Shown one piece after another: positions 24,597-36,300 of a DNA stretch of 64,000 nucleotides (positions within the stretch are counted from its first letter, which is position 1; each line of letters opens with the position of its first letter). The position numbers were made by a program, and so were the translations under genes. Origin of the DNA: Cyanophora paradoxa CCMP329 (Eukaryota > Plantae > Glaucophyta); assembly GCA_004431415.1 (NCBI GenBank), contig QPMI01000010.1, positions 248,001 through 312,000 of the forward strand, written 5' to 3'. The notes under the pieces were generated by a model. The model made no database searches. It worked only from the letters and a program-made list of their open reading frames with translations, and was not told where the DNA came from.

Positions 24597-27500
24597 ATGT
24601 CAACGATGCCGGGACAGCGAGTTCAATCATATCCCAACGGGGGGCAGGCGCGCGCGCGCCCGCCGCCTCGGCCGGTCGCATTTTCGATCCGCGAATAGCT
24701 TATCGACCCCCGCGTGCGCGCGCAGGCGGTCGACATGAACGGCCACTACGGGGCAACCCCTGCAGTCGTTATGACTGCTCAGGTTCGCGCGAATCTGCTT
24801 CTCTGCCGCCCAACTATTTCGCCCCCTTCTGCACGTGGCCCGACGCTTCCGCGCAGCCGCACCATGCGCCGCAGGGGATGCACCAGCCTCTCCAAGTCCT
24901 CTGTGAGGCTTTCCCGCTCTGCCGGGTCCTTCTCGGCAGGCCCTGACCTTCACCGGCAGCTGTGACCCCGCCCGACGACGCGGGGCGCTGGGCCGACGTA
25001 AAGGTGCGGTCCCGAATCTTTCAACGCCACCGAAGCGATGCGCAACGCCCGCTCACGCCTCCTGGCTACCAGGCGTTCAAGCCGGACGGCAAGTTCCGCT
25101 TCAAGGATCAATTCATGGCGCTCGCGCGGAAGAGCGCGACGTACCAGGTCCGCGGCTCGTATTCGTCTCTTTAGTTTCCTTTTCGGCGGCTTTCTGACCC
25201 GGGGCGCGCTCCGCAGATGCGCCAGTACAAGTGCGGCCTGCGCCCCTCCCGTCTCTTTCGTTTCAGCTCCGCTCGCTCCTCCGCGCCCGCCGCTGACGCT
25301 CGCTCCTCCGCGTCGGTCGTGCTCAGGACGAACTGCTGCCAGATCTTCACGCCCTTCGTCCTGGTGCGCCCCGCGGGCGAACGGGCCCGCCTTCAGCGGG
25401 CCGGGCGCTCACGCGGGCCGCCACGCCGTCGCAGATTCTCGCGCTCTTCATCCTGCAAGTAATCGTGTCGAGCATCGTCACCAGCATCCGCGGGAAGGAG
25501 TCGCCAGCAATCCCGCGCCCTCCCCTTTCTCTCCCGTTCCTCACGTGCGCCCGCCCCGCCCCGCCCCGGCCCGCCGCCCGCTTGCGCGCCCGCCCGGCGG
25601 CCCGACTAAGCTCACCCCGCAGACAACACGAGGAGGACGCAAGCCCGGGGTGTACCCCGGGGCCCCGCATCATCAACGAGAAGGACGGGACTTTCCTGTG
25701 CGCACGCGCCCGCTCGCCCCGCCGCCCGTTCCGCCCCGTCCCTCCCCGCCGACACGGCCGCGCAGGTTTGCGAACGAAGACACGGCGGCCGCCGCCGCCT
25801 TTGGAGCCGTACCCGCAACGAAGTCCTGGGCCTGCGCAGCCATCAACGCTACCGGGTTCCCGGGGGTACGCGCGCGCGGGCCGCCCGCCCTCTGCCCACC
25901 TCCAGCCCCGCAGCCCCGCCCCTCACCTTCGAACTCAGATCGGGAACGCGCTCGAAATGACCGCGTCGTACTCCGGCGTGCTCGGCGCCATGACGCTGAA
26001 CGCCTGCGACATGCTGGCGCGTGTATCCCCCCCTCCCCTCCCCTCCCCTCCGCGTCCTCTAACGGCCGCGGGCGGGCGCAGACGTACAAGGGCGAAGTCA
26101 TCTTCCAGCAGGCGCAGCGCCTCTCCCTGTGCCGGCAGGTCCCGACGTACAACGTCCCCAAGCTCGAGACGGTCCGCCCCGCCCCCTACCTTTCTTCTTC
26201 TTTCCTTCGTTCTGAAGCCCCTTTCTTCTTCTTCTTCCCCCCCGCAGGTCCCGAGCCAGGCCGAGATGGAGAACCGCATCCTGAACGACTTCCCCCGGGT
26301 CTACGCCGGGGGGTACGTTTTCAAGGAGCTCCGCCCCGCCGAGCGCCGCTACCGCCTCGCCGTCCTCTTCAACGAGGCGCGTGAACCGTCCCCCGCCCCG
26401 CACCCCCGCCCCCCGCACCCCGCCCCTCGCCTAACGGGCCCTTCGCCCTACGCGCAGACGATCTCCCAGGCCCGGGACATGCCGCTCCTGCTCAACTTGA
26501 TCACGACGGCCATCGCCCAGGTCCGCCCCCCCTCTCTCTCTCTCTCGAACGAAGCGAAGCTTCGCCTCGCCTCGCTTCGCTTCGTTCGGTTCGCGGCTAT
26601 GCAGCTGACTCCGCCCGCTTCCCGCGCCGCCCCGCCCGCCCGCGCAGAGCCTGCTCCGGCCCGACCCCGCCTTTCGCTTCCAGTACCCCGCCCCCGACAC
26701 CCTCCCCCAGCTCCCGCAGCCCCGCGGCCGCACCCTCAGTGCGCCCCTCCCGCCCCCTCCTCCGCGGCGGGCGCGCGCCCAGCACCCCCGGCTCTAACAG
26801 CGCGCGCGCCCCGCCAGTCGGGACGAAGGACTACCCCTCGAACCCGACGCCCAACGAGTTCGACCTCGTCTCCCTCATCGGACGTCAGCCCACCCATCCC
26901 TCCCGCCCTGATCTGATCCGATCCGATCTGACCCGCCCCGCCCCCGCACAGCCTTCATCTACATCTACATCTTCCAGCTGATGTTCCCCGTGGCCCTCGG
27001 CGGCATCGTCTACGAGAAGGAGCAGCGCCTCCGCGAGGTTATGAAGATGGTCCGGCCCCAGCTCACCCCTTAGCTCCCCCGCCTGAGATGCAGAGTCCCC
27101 CGGAGCTAACTAGAAGCCAATAGAAGCAGAGCCCGCGAAGCAGAGTGTAGAGAGCGAGCGGAGCTAATAGAAGCTAACAGAAGCAGAGCCCGCCCCTGCC
27201 CCCTAAGCCCCCGCCTAAGAGGTCGTGAAGATGGTCCGCCCCCAGCTCACCCCTTAGCTCCCCCGCCTGAGATGCAGAGTCCCCCGGAGCTAACTAGAAG
27301 CCAATAGAAGCAGAGCCCGCGAAGCAGAGTGTAGAGAGCGAGCGGAGCTAATAGAAGCTAACAGAAGCAGAGCCCGCCCCCGCCCCCTAAGCCCCCGCCT
27401 AAGAGGTCGCGAAGATGGTCCGGGCCCGTCCCGCCCCTGCCCCCTTAGCCCCCGCCTAAGAGGTCGTGAAGATGGTCCGGGCTCGTCCCGGCCCGCTCTC

Positions 27501-29676
27501 GGCCCCGCCCCGCCCGAGCTCTCCTTTCGCCTACGCTAAGCTTTCCCCCGCGCAGATGGGCCTGAAGACGTTCGTGTACTGGGTCGTGACGTACCTCTTC
27601 TACTACGTCATCTACATCGCCGCCATGCTCTTCATGATCGGTGCGTCCTCTCCGCGCGGCCCCCTCCGCTCCACTCCGCCCCTCCGCCCTTCTTGACGCC
27701 TCCGCTCCGGGGCCCAGCCGTCGCGTGCGCGTGCGGCTTCCGCTTCTTCCTCGTCAACTCGTTCGGGACGTACTTCATCATGCTCCTCATCTTCGGGCAC
27801 ACGATGGTCGGCCCGGCCCACCCGATCCCGTCCCCTCCCATATGTATCCGATCGCATCCCATCCCATATGCATCCCATCCAACCCTATCCTCTCTCCCGA
27901 CCCTCCCCTTCTCTCCTCTGACGCCCCTGCTCCCCCCCCTCCCCCCCTCTCCCCCGCAGGTCTCGGCGGCGTTCTTCCTGTCGACGTTCTTCACGAACGC
28001 GCAGACGGCGACCGTGGGGGGGTACGTCTACATCATCCTCTCCGGCATCATCGCCTCCCAGGTCCCCGCCCCCCTCCTTTTCCGCCCCCCTCCTTTTCCC
28101 TCCAGAGGCTCCAGAGGCTAGAGCTAGCTTAGAGCGAGCTGAGCGAGCTTGTGGCTAGTGCCCTCCACCGCCTCGTTCACCTTAATCTTCTCCGGCATCT
28201 TCTCCCCACTCCCCGCCCGCCTCCCCGCTCGCCCGCTCGCTCGCTCGAGTTTAGAGCTGCCGCGCCCGCTGCCGAGCTTAGAGCTGCCGCTTAAATCCGC
28301 GCCCCCGGCGTTGTTCCGCACTCTCGGCGTTGTTGTTCCCGCGGCTAAGCTTCGGGTCGGGTCGTGCGCGCAGGTCATAGACCAGTACCTGACCAGCGAC
28401 ACGACGAGCGACGGCTCCCTCTTCGGCATCCAGGTCCGAATCCACGAGAATCAAATTTCGTTCCGAAACGGATTTCTCTACGAAACTCGCGCAAACAAAA
28501 CAGAAATTCGAGTAATAATGTTGAATCGCGCAATAAGATCCAAAATAATCCATTCCTCAACGTTTCTTCTCACGAGTATTCGCACGGAACAGATCGTGCC
28601 GTCGTTCGCGCTCTTCCGGGGCATCCGCATCCTCTCGGACAACGTGGCCTTCGGCTGGGGCGGCGTCCAGATGGCCGACGTCAACCACAAGGAGGTCCGC
28701 CGCGGCTCTTCCAAACATTCCAAACAATCGCCGCGAGGTCTAGCAATTCTAAACATGCTATTCCGGGATCTTTGAAGTCAGCAGCACAAATTATATACTC
28801 TGCTCCTTCCTCCTTCCTCCCCCTCCCCGGGCAGTGTTGTGGTGTGGCGAGGCATATGGTAGAGGGATAAATAAGGTCTGCAGGTCCAAGAGAAGATGCT
28901 ATTGCAATGTGTAGATATATATGATGGCTCTAAATCATCGCCTTCCTCCTCCTCTTCGCCTTCCTCCTTCCTCATCATCGCCTCGGCCCCCTCCCTCCCT
29001 CAGGTCCGCCTGGGCGAGGTGTACGGCTTCCTCATCGTCGAGTGGATCGTGTTCCTTCTTGCCGCCATGTGAGTAAGAGGCGCAACAAAGCGTAGCCTAG
29101 CGGAGCGGAGCTGAGCTCTGACGCTCGTGCCCGCAGCTACTGCGAGCAGGTGGTGCCGGACGGCATCGGCATCAAGAAGCACCCCCTCTTCCTCTTCCAG
29201 AAGGAGACCTACGTCAAGAAGAAGCGGACGGACCGGGACCGCGACGAGGCGCACCGCCACGCCAAGGCGGTCGTGGAGGGCGAGCCCGAGGACGTCGCCA
29301 TGGAGCGCGCGCGCGTGCTCAAGGACCCCAGGTCCGCGTACCCCCCACTCCTCGCCCGCCTGAGTTGCCGCGCCCGCTGCCTTCTGATTGATGCCCTCTC
29401 CAGCATCGCGGTCCGCGCGATCGACCTGGAGAAGGTGTACCCGGCGAGCGGGGAGGTCAAGGCGAAGACGGCCGTCCACTGCCTCACCCTGGGGGTCCAG
29501 GTCCGTCTTTGCGCGCCGCGCGCTCTCCGGGACGGCTAGAGGGGACACCACACCGCGGCCTAGCCTAGTGCTCTCCACTCCACCCGCGGCCTTTTCACCT
29601 TCACATCAAATCAAATCAAATCTCGTCCGTCGTCCACTGCCTCACCCTGGGGGTCCAGCACGGGGAGTGCTTCGGG

Positions 29677-29715
<39 letters not shown>

Positions 29716-32375
29716 AAGTGCGTGCCCGGGGGCTCCGCCGTGCATCCGATAACTAAATCCGGACGTTTTAATTGCTGATAGCTATCTGATTTCAAAATAA
29801 TTGAAGGAGTTCCACAAGTATCCTCTAATACATTCGGCTTCTTGATCACGTTAGTTTATCTGATTAGGGGATCCCATCGCGCCGCTGACCCTACCCTACG
29901 CCTACTCCATCCCGCCCCGCGCCTCTGACCTCGCCTCCCCCCGCCTCGTCTCTGACCTCGCCCCGCCTCTGACCCGCGCCGCCCCGCCGCGCCGCGCAGC
30001 ATGCTGTGCGGGTTCCACATGCCGACGCACGGGACGGCGGTGATCAACGGCATGGACGTCCTTCACGACGTCGACGACATCCACGCGGTCAATCCTCTAT
30101 CTTCTTCTTCTTAGCTTTCGTCGCACGCATCTTCTTCTTAGCTTCTTAGCGCAGGTGATGGGCGTGTGCCCGCAGCACGACCTGCTGTGGGAGAACCTCA
30201 CCGGCCGCGAGCACCTCCGCTTCTACGGCCGCCTCAAGGCGCGCCCCCGCCCCCTCCCTCTCCAACTTCTTGTCGTCCTCTAACTTCGGCGTGCAGGGCC
30301 TGCGGGGGAAGCTGCTGGAGGACTCCATCACGTACCGCCTCGGGCAGGTGAGGGCCCCGCGAGCGGCGCACGCCGCAGAGCAAGAGCGGCGACGGCCGCG
30401 GCCTGGATCGCCCGGGATCCGATCCGATGCGATCTGACATTCCTTCCCCCCTCCCCTCCTCAGGTGAGCCTGCTGGAGGCGCAGAACAAGGCGGCGGGGG
30501 CCTTCTCGGGCGGCATGAAGCGGCGCCTCTCGGTGGCCATCGCGCTCATGGGCAACCCCGACGTCGTCCTCCTCGACGAGGTTCGTATTATGTTATTGAT
30601 TCATTCTTTGTTTTGTTCTTTGTTTGGTATATATTCTTTGTCTTTCGGTGGGGGCTTCGGTGTCGTTTAGGGGGGGCTTCGGTGTCGCGTCTACTTTTTA
30701 AAGAGCTCTTAAAAGACAACCCCGACGCCCTTGAGAGCTCCGAGATTTATTCATGGAAGAAGTCTTCAAAGCCCTCTTCTTCGCTCTGACGCGTTCCCCC
30801 CTCTCTCGAGCAGCCGTCGACGGGGCTGGACCCGGCCTCGCGCCGCTCGCTCTGGGACGTCATCAACGAGTACAAGAAGAGCTGCGCCATGCTCCTCACC
30901 ACCCAGTGCGCCCCTTCCGCCCCGCACGGCCGCCCGGCCCCGCCCCGCCGAGCAGCCTAGTTGTTTCCGGCCGTTTCCAGCTGCTAGTCGAAGCCCCGAG
31001 CCGCCCAAGCTAATCTGAGCTTAGCTCTGAGCTCCTAAGCTGCTTCGCGCTCGCTCTGAGCCGCCCCGTCTCGCCCCGCCCCGCCCCGCCCCGCCCCTAC
31101 AAGTCGATGGAGGAGCCGTGACTACGAGTAACCTTCCTAGTCTAATCTAGTTTAACCTTTCTAATCGAATCGAATCGAATCGAATCAAATCGAATCTTTC
31201 TAATCTAACCTCTCTAATCGCAGCTCTATGGAGGAGGCGGACGTGCTCTGCGACCGCCTCGGCATCTTCTCGTCGGGGCGCCTCCGCTGCATCGGCAACG
31301 CGGCGGACCTGAAGCGGCGCTTCGGCTCGGGCTTCAAGCTCACGACGACGTGCCCCGTCCAGCACGAGGCCGCCTGCCACGAGTGCGCGAAGCTTCCGTG
31401 GCCGACGTGGCGTTTTAAAGGAGCTGTTAAAGAACGAGCCGCCTCTTCTCCACGCCTGCACGCCTGCGGGCGAGCGGGGCCGCCCCGTCTAAAGCGGTCT
31501 AGAGGTCTCAATGAGCACTTGAGGAAGAACGAGCCACAATCACACCGCCGACTAGTTCTTCGCGCTCTAAACTCGACTGGGCCGCCCCGCGCGACTCTGC
31601 TTCTCGAAGCTTTCGTGGCTGACTTGCGCGCCCGCGCGCCCGCCCGCGCCGCAGCTTCGTGATGAAGCTGGTTCCCCAGGCCCAGTTCCTCAACGCCCTC
31701 GCCGGCACCCGCAACTACGAGGCGCGCCCCGCGCCCCCGCCCCACGCCCCCTTTAGGAAACGAACGAGGGACTATAGTATTTAGGATTTAGGACTGTAGA
31801 AACGAGGGATCTAGGATGTAGGCACCCCCAACTAGGAGGCGCGCCCGCCCCGCCCCGCCCCGCCCCGCGCCCCCTCGAAGAAAGAATGACAGAGAGAGAG
31901 CTCGAGCCGGCCCGCCCGCCCCCTCTGACCGCTCCGCCCTCGCCCTCGCCCTCCCCCGCCGCCCTCGAAAAAAGACGTAAAGAGAGCTCGAGCCCGCCCC
32001 CGCCCCCTCTGATCTGACCGCCCGCCCTTTCTCCCTCCCGCGCGCGCGCAGCTGCCGAAGGGGTCGTTCAGCCTGCGGGACCTCTTCGCGGCCTTCGAGG
32101 CGAACAAGGAGGGCCTCAAGATCACCGACTGGGCCATCATGGACACCAGTGCGCCCTGTTGGAAGATTAGAACTATAGATATTAGGATCTAGGATTAAAG
32201 GATTTAGGGTTAAAGATTTAGAACTATCGAACTATAGAACGACTGGGCCATCGTGGACACCAGTGAGCGTTGTAGGGCGCCTAACTTATGCCCGGCCTTC
32301 TTCTCCTTCTTCCTCTGAGCTCGCTTCGCAGCGCTTGAGGAGGTGTTCCTCCGCATCGCCGACATCCAGGACTGA
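24597..32375 (+). CDS. ABCA-family half-transporter (plant ABCA7/ATH6-like), ~28 introns
   Basis: [31 protein letters not shown]|[66 protein letters not shown]|[15 protein letters not shown]|[14 protein letters not shown] and DWAIMDT|[10 protein letters not shown]. It ends in TGA at 32373-32375. Confidence 0.92.
27035..27480 (+). repeat. Intronic tandem duplication (two 184-bp units plus a 57-bp partial unit), each beginning with a copy of the exon end and donor
   Basis: GAGGT(T/C)(A/G)(T/C)GAAGATGGTCCG at 27035, 27219, 27403 and 27460. The units are near-identical. Confidence 0.9.
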
Positions 32376-32792
32376 TCGACATGATTGGAGAGGGGGGACC
32401 CGGGCCACCCGGCGCCCGGCGCCCGGCGTCCGGCGTCCGACCTGGGAGGATGGAGGAAGGGAGGGAGAGGAGGGGATGGCACCTGAGGCGTTTTCGGTGC
32501 TCTTTATTACGCCGCGCGCCCCGTAGCTATAGCGGGCCGGCCATATTTCGAGTAAATTAGTCGCCGGGTCGAACGAGCAGTGTTATCTATCTTTTGTTTG
32601 TAACGCGCGCGCTCGCTCGCGTTCTCCGAGTGTCAGGATGTTTGACTCAGTAATGCGTACATCTGATTTTGTATTCGCAGCATTTCACAGCTGTCCATAT
32701 TACAAATACACTCTAGCATGCGCAGCACTTAAGCTTCTCCACACGAACGAGCACACGGGGGAGGGGCGAGGCGCGGAGCTCGAGGGAGGGAG

Positions 32793-33107
32793 GGGGGGGG
32801 GGGGGGGGGGGGGCGGGAATTTTCGAACTACTGTTCAGGCGGATACAAAGATCGAACGTTAACAAAAATACAAATATAGAGGCGGAAAGTAGGCTTACTT
32901 AGTAAAGATACAAATAGAGTCGACCAACTTTAAAATTTTGGCAATGTCGCCGAATCGTGTCGCCGAGTCGACCAATGTGTACATGTGTGTGTGTGTGTGT
33001 GCGCGCGCGCGCGCGTGTGTGTGTGTCGAAGGGCGGAGGGGGGGCGTCGACGGGACCAGAAGGGGCGGGAGGGGGGCGGGAGAGGGGGGGGGGGGGGGGG
33101 GGGGGGG
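32793..33107. repeat. Two poly-G tracts and an alternating (GT)n(GC)n(GT)n run between convergent genes
   Basis: G-runs at ~32793-32813 and ~33083-33107; purine-pyrimidine alternation at ~32976-33026. Confidence 0.85.
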
Positions 33108-33315
33108 CCGTCCACGCATGCCCCGGCTCCTCCCTCCCTCTCTGCTCCTCCCTCTCTGCTTCCTGCGCCGCCGCGGCGCAGTACGTCCGGTGGACGCTAG
33201 CGCTGCTTGCAGAATGCCGTTTTTCGGAAGGGAGGTGGCTGCGCATGCTCACGACCTTCTGCGGCCTCGGCAGCTAACACAACTCAGCGGCAGCTAAGGA
33301 CAACTCAACTAACTT

Positions 33316-36300
33316 AGTAAGTGGACCCGCGCGAGTATCTTTCTGCGCAGCTGCCATAGGACCCGCATGACCGACTCCGTTCTAAGCTACACACAGCAAG
33401 ACGTCGACCTCATTTCATAGTATGCAGCTATAGCCTATAGTTAACGTTGTATTGGTGGCGAAATATGCATCAATATTTGACCAGCGTTCTTGCAAAAACA
33501 ATTTACATATCGAGAGAAATAGACCGTCGGACTCCGACAAGTCTCCCAGCTGCAGGGGGTTTTACTTTAATCTCTAGCTAGTCAAATGCCTAGGTGTATC
33601 GTGGTGGTGCCGACAGCTGCAGTATCATGATCAGTCGTGTCCACCTTTCCAAGAGTGTTCGGGCGTGGACGCGGTCGAGCTCTCTTCTTGTGGGCGAACC
33701 GCAAAAGCCCCGCAATCACAAGGACCGCCGCCTGCGCAGAGGAAATTCAGCACGTCGGGTTTGTACACGTGGGCGCCGCCATGCCCACGGGGCCGGGCCT
33801 GGCGCGCACCACTCCGAGGCCGACGCCGAGACCAATTGCGAGATCGGAGCCTCTGCTAGTGCCTTCATTGCCGGCCGTCGATTCCGAAGCATGGCCCTGC
33901 TGCCACGAGGACAGCAGTGATTCATGTGCGGACCACTCCACATACTGAATTGGTCCCCCGCTTAGAGCATCAGCAGTGTTCACGCTCATGCTTACGCTGG
34001 GGAGCCGAGGCGCACGGGGTTGACGAAAAGCGTCTCGCCATCTGGCTGAAGCATGGAGAGGCCATATGGGATGCCGGTGGTGAAGAGGAGAGCGCGCGAG
34101 CTGGAACAGCGGGCTGGAGGGAGGCCAGGAAGCTCTACGACCGTCCCGCGATCGCGACTCAATGAGATTGGGGCGTTTCTCACGAGCAAGAAACGGAGTT
34201 TACGCACGAAAGCAAAGTCCGGCATCGCACAGACGCGCCCCCGTGATGGCAAACGTGCAGACGGGGCCCGCTTGCGCGTCGAACGTGCCAACAAGAATCT
34301 GTGACGAGCACGGGCTCTATCAGAGAATGATCCGAATTCAAAACCCTGGCGCGAGCGCATGCATGGTCCATAATTACCGGATTAGGAACATCAGAAAAGA
34401 CGCCAGGCCAGGCGACCTCTACGGATGGTGGTGCCCCGATACTCGACCGTGAGGGGGCTGGTACCCGCACAAGCGCGCGGCTGTCCAGCGGTGCACAGGC
34501 ACGCAGACTACCATTCATCGTGCAGGAGAGGTTTGCAACGTTCACGATCCCAGCTACGCGCGCGCATTGGGTCGGCAGCGGTGTTAGCATAATTTTCATT
34601 GGATTTCGAAACCGTAGCGAATCCGAACCTCGTGCCCAGTAGATGGCCTGATCATGATCATGACAAAGATTAGAAACACTTCCGACAGATGACAGCGAAT
34701 CTGACGCACGTTTTGGATGACGGTTGTCGTGGATCCGTCGGATATGGCAAGCGCGTAGTTCTGCCCCAGCGAAAGCGCGAGCAGGGCACGCCCGCTTTTT
34801 GCACGCACAGGTGCGAATCCGAAAGGGCTTGCGGGTACATCTGTACATACGTGCATTCGATCGGAATCTTGATGATCAGAGAGTGTGACCGAATTAAAAT
34901 GAACACATTAGTTTGCACCAATGCAGAGAGAGGAGGACGGCTTCGCGGTGGTGGGATCGAAGGGCGGGGAGAGACGAGCGGTGAGGTTCATTGCCTCAGA
35001 GAGGAGCGCACCGTCGCTCGCAAACTCTCCGACTCGGACCCAGGGCAAGGCCACATACTGGCCTTCAAAGCAAGCCGTCGTTGCGTGCGACTGTCTTGCG
35101 GACATCGAGGCTATCGGAACCTCGGCAGCGAATGCGCCGTCTCCGGTGGGCTTGGCGACTCGGGCCAGCTCAGGTGCGCACTTCGCAGCTGCGCGGCGGC
35201 AAATTAGCACTTCAGGTGCGCACAAGTACTTTAAAATATAACCGGGCGCGAGCGGGGAATGGGGTTTGGCTGCGCACCGCTGGTCGTGATGGTGAGTGTA
35301 GTGCTTCGTGCACCCGAACCCAAACGGTTTCTACAGAGAACGGCGATAGAGTACGGTGCTCCCGTCTCGAGTCCGTCCACCGTTAGGGTGATGGGGAACT
35401 CGGTGCCGCCGGCCGGCGGGGCAGACGATGCGAGCGTCCTAAGGTTCTCTACGCCAGCGCTGCTTGTAGATATTTGCACTATCGAGCACTGCGTGTGCGG
35501 TTGCGGAACATGCGTCGGGCAGGGCTTTCGCGATCGAAGCACGTGCACGTGCTCGTGCGCCAAAATATATCTAATGCAAACGCAGACGCGCACAGTTGTG
35601 ATCGGGATGGGGGCTCCGGAGTAGGCGTCGATTGCAGTGCTCACGGGTTGTAAGAATGAGACGGAAATAGAGCGGAAGGTGACGCCTGTAACCCGCACGC
35701 TGGTTGGTGCGGTCAGACCTGACCCAACCCACAGCCTCACGTCAGTCAGCTGCCGTCAGTGTACATGTTGCGTATGCCAATGATCCTTTACGTGCGGCTT
35801 AATTAACGCAAGGCTCTGGCGTGCACCAACGTTGGGTACGGGGAAACTCATGGCGTTCCTGATCGTCTGCATTTCCCCCGTCCGCGCATCCTTGAGTGTC
35901 ATGTCGAAATCTGCGAAGTTTTCGAAATCAGCGATGGAGCTCTAGAGCTAGATAACCCTTCGGGAGCGCGACGGGATAGCGACGCCCACTGTGCCCCTGG
36001 GGTAGTAAAGTACTATTGCAAGGTGCCGGGATAGTACAACCGACGCCTTTGAGAGTAAACTACAAGGTGCCGGGATAGCGACGCCCACTGGGCCCCCGAT
36101 AGGGGGACGCATTGAAACAAACAGGAGTTCCCCCGATAGGGGGTCGCTTCCTGAGTTCTAGAGCTAGGGCAGTAGTTACAATCGAGTGCACCTTGCGAAG
36201 TACCGGACGGGATCGGAAAAGGCGATCCCTGCGCGTACGGCAGGTCGCCTGATGCGTTCTCCACCAAGCGAAGTTGGCTGAAGGAGGTAGGCAGCTCCTT

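Noticed and set aside
27035-27480. CRISPR-like repeat-spacer array
   Set aside because: The 'spacers' are near-identical to each other, the repeat is the exon/donor junction of a eukaryotic ABCA gene, and there are no cas genes.
32160-32240. Interstitial telomere or telomerase-added filler (TTTAGGG, TTAGGA)
   Set aside because: Only one true TTTAGGG and the units are irregular. Other fillers use unrelated motifs, so general slippage synthesis fits better.
6000-32400. Introner (repeated transposon-like intron) family
   Set aside because: The introns share only low-complexity CCGCC content and splice motifs. No near-identical intron sequences were seen at different loci.
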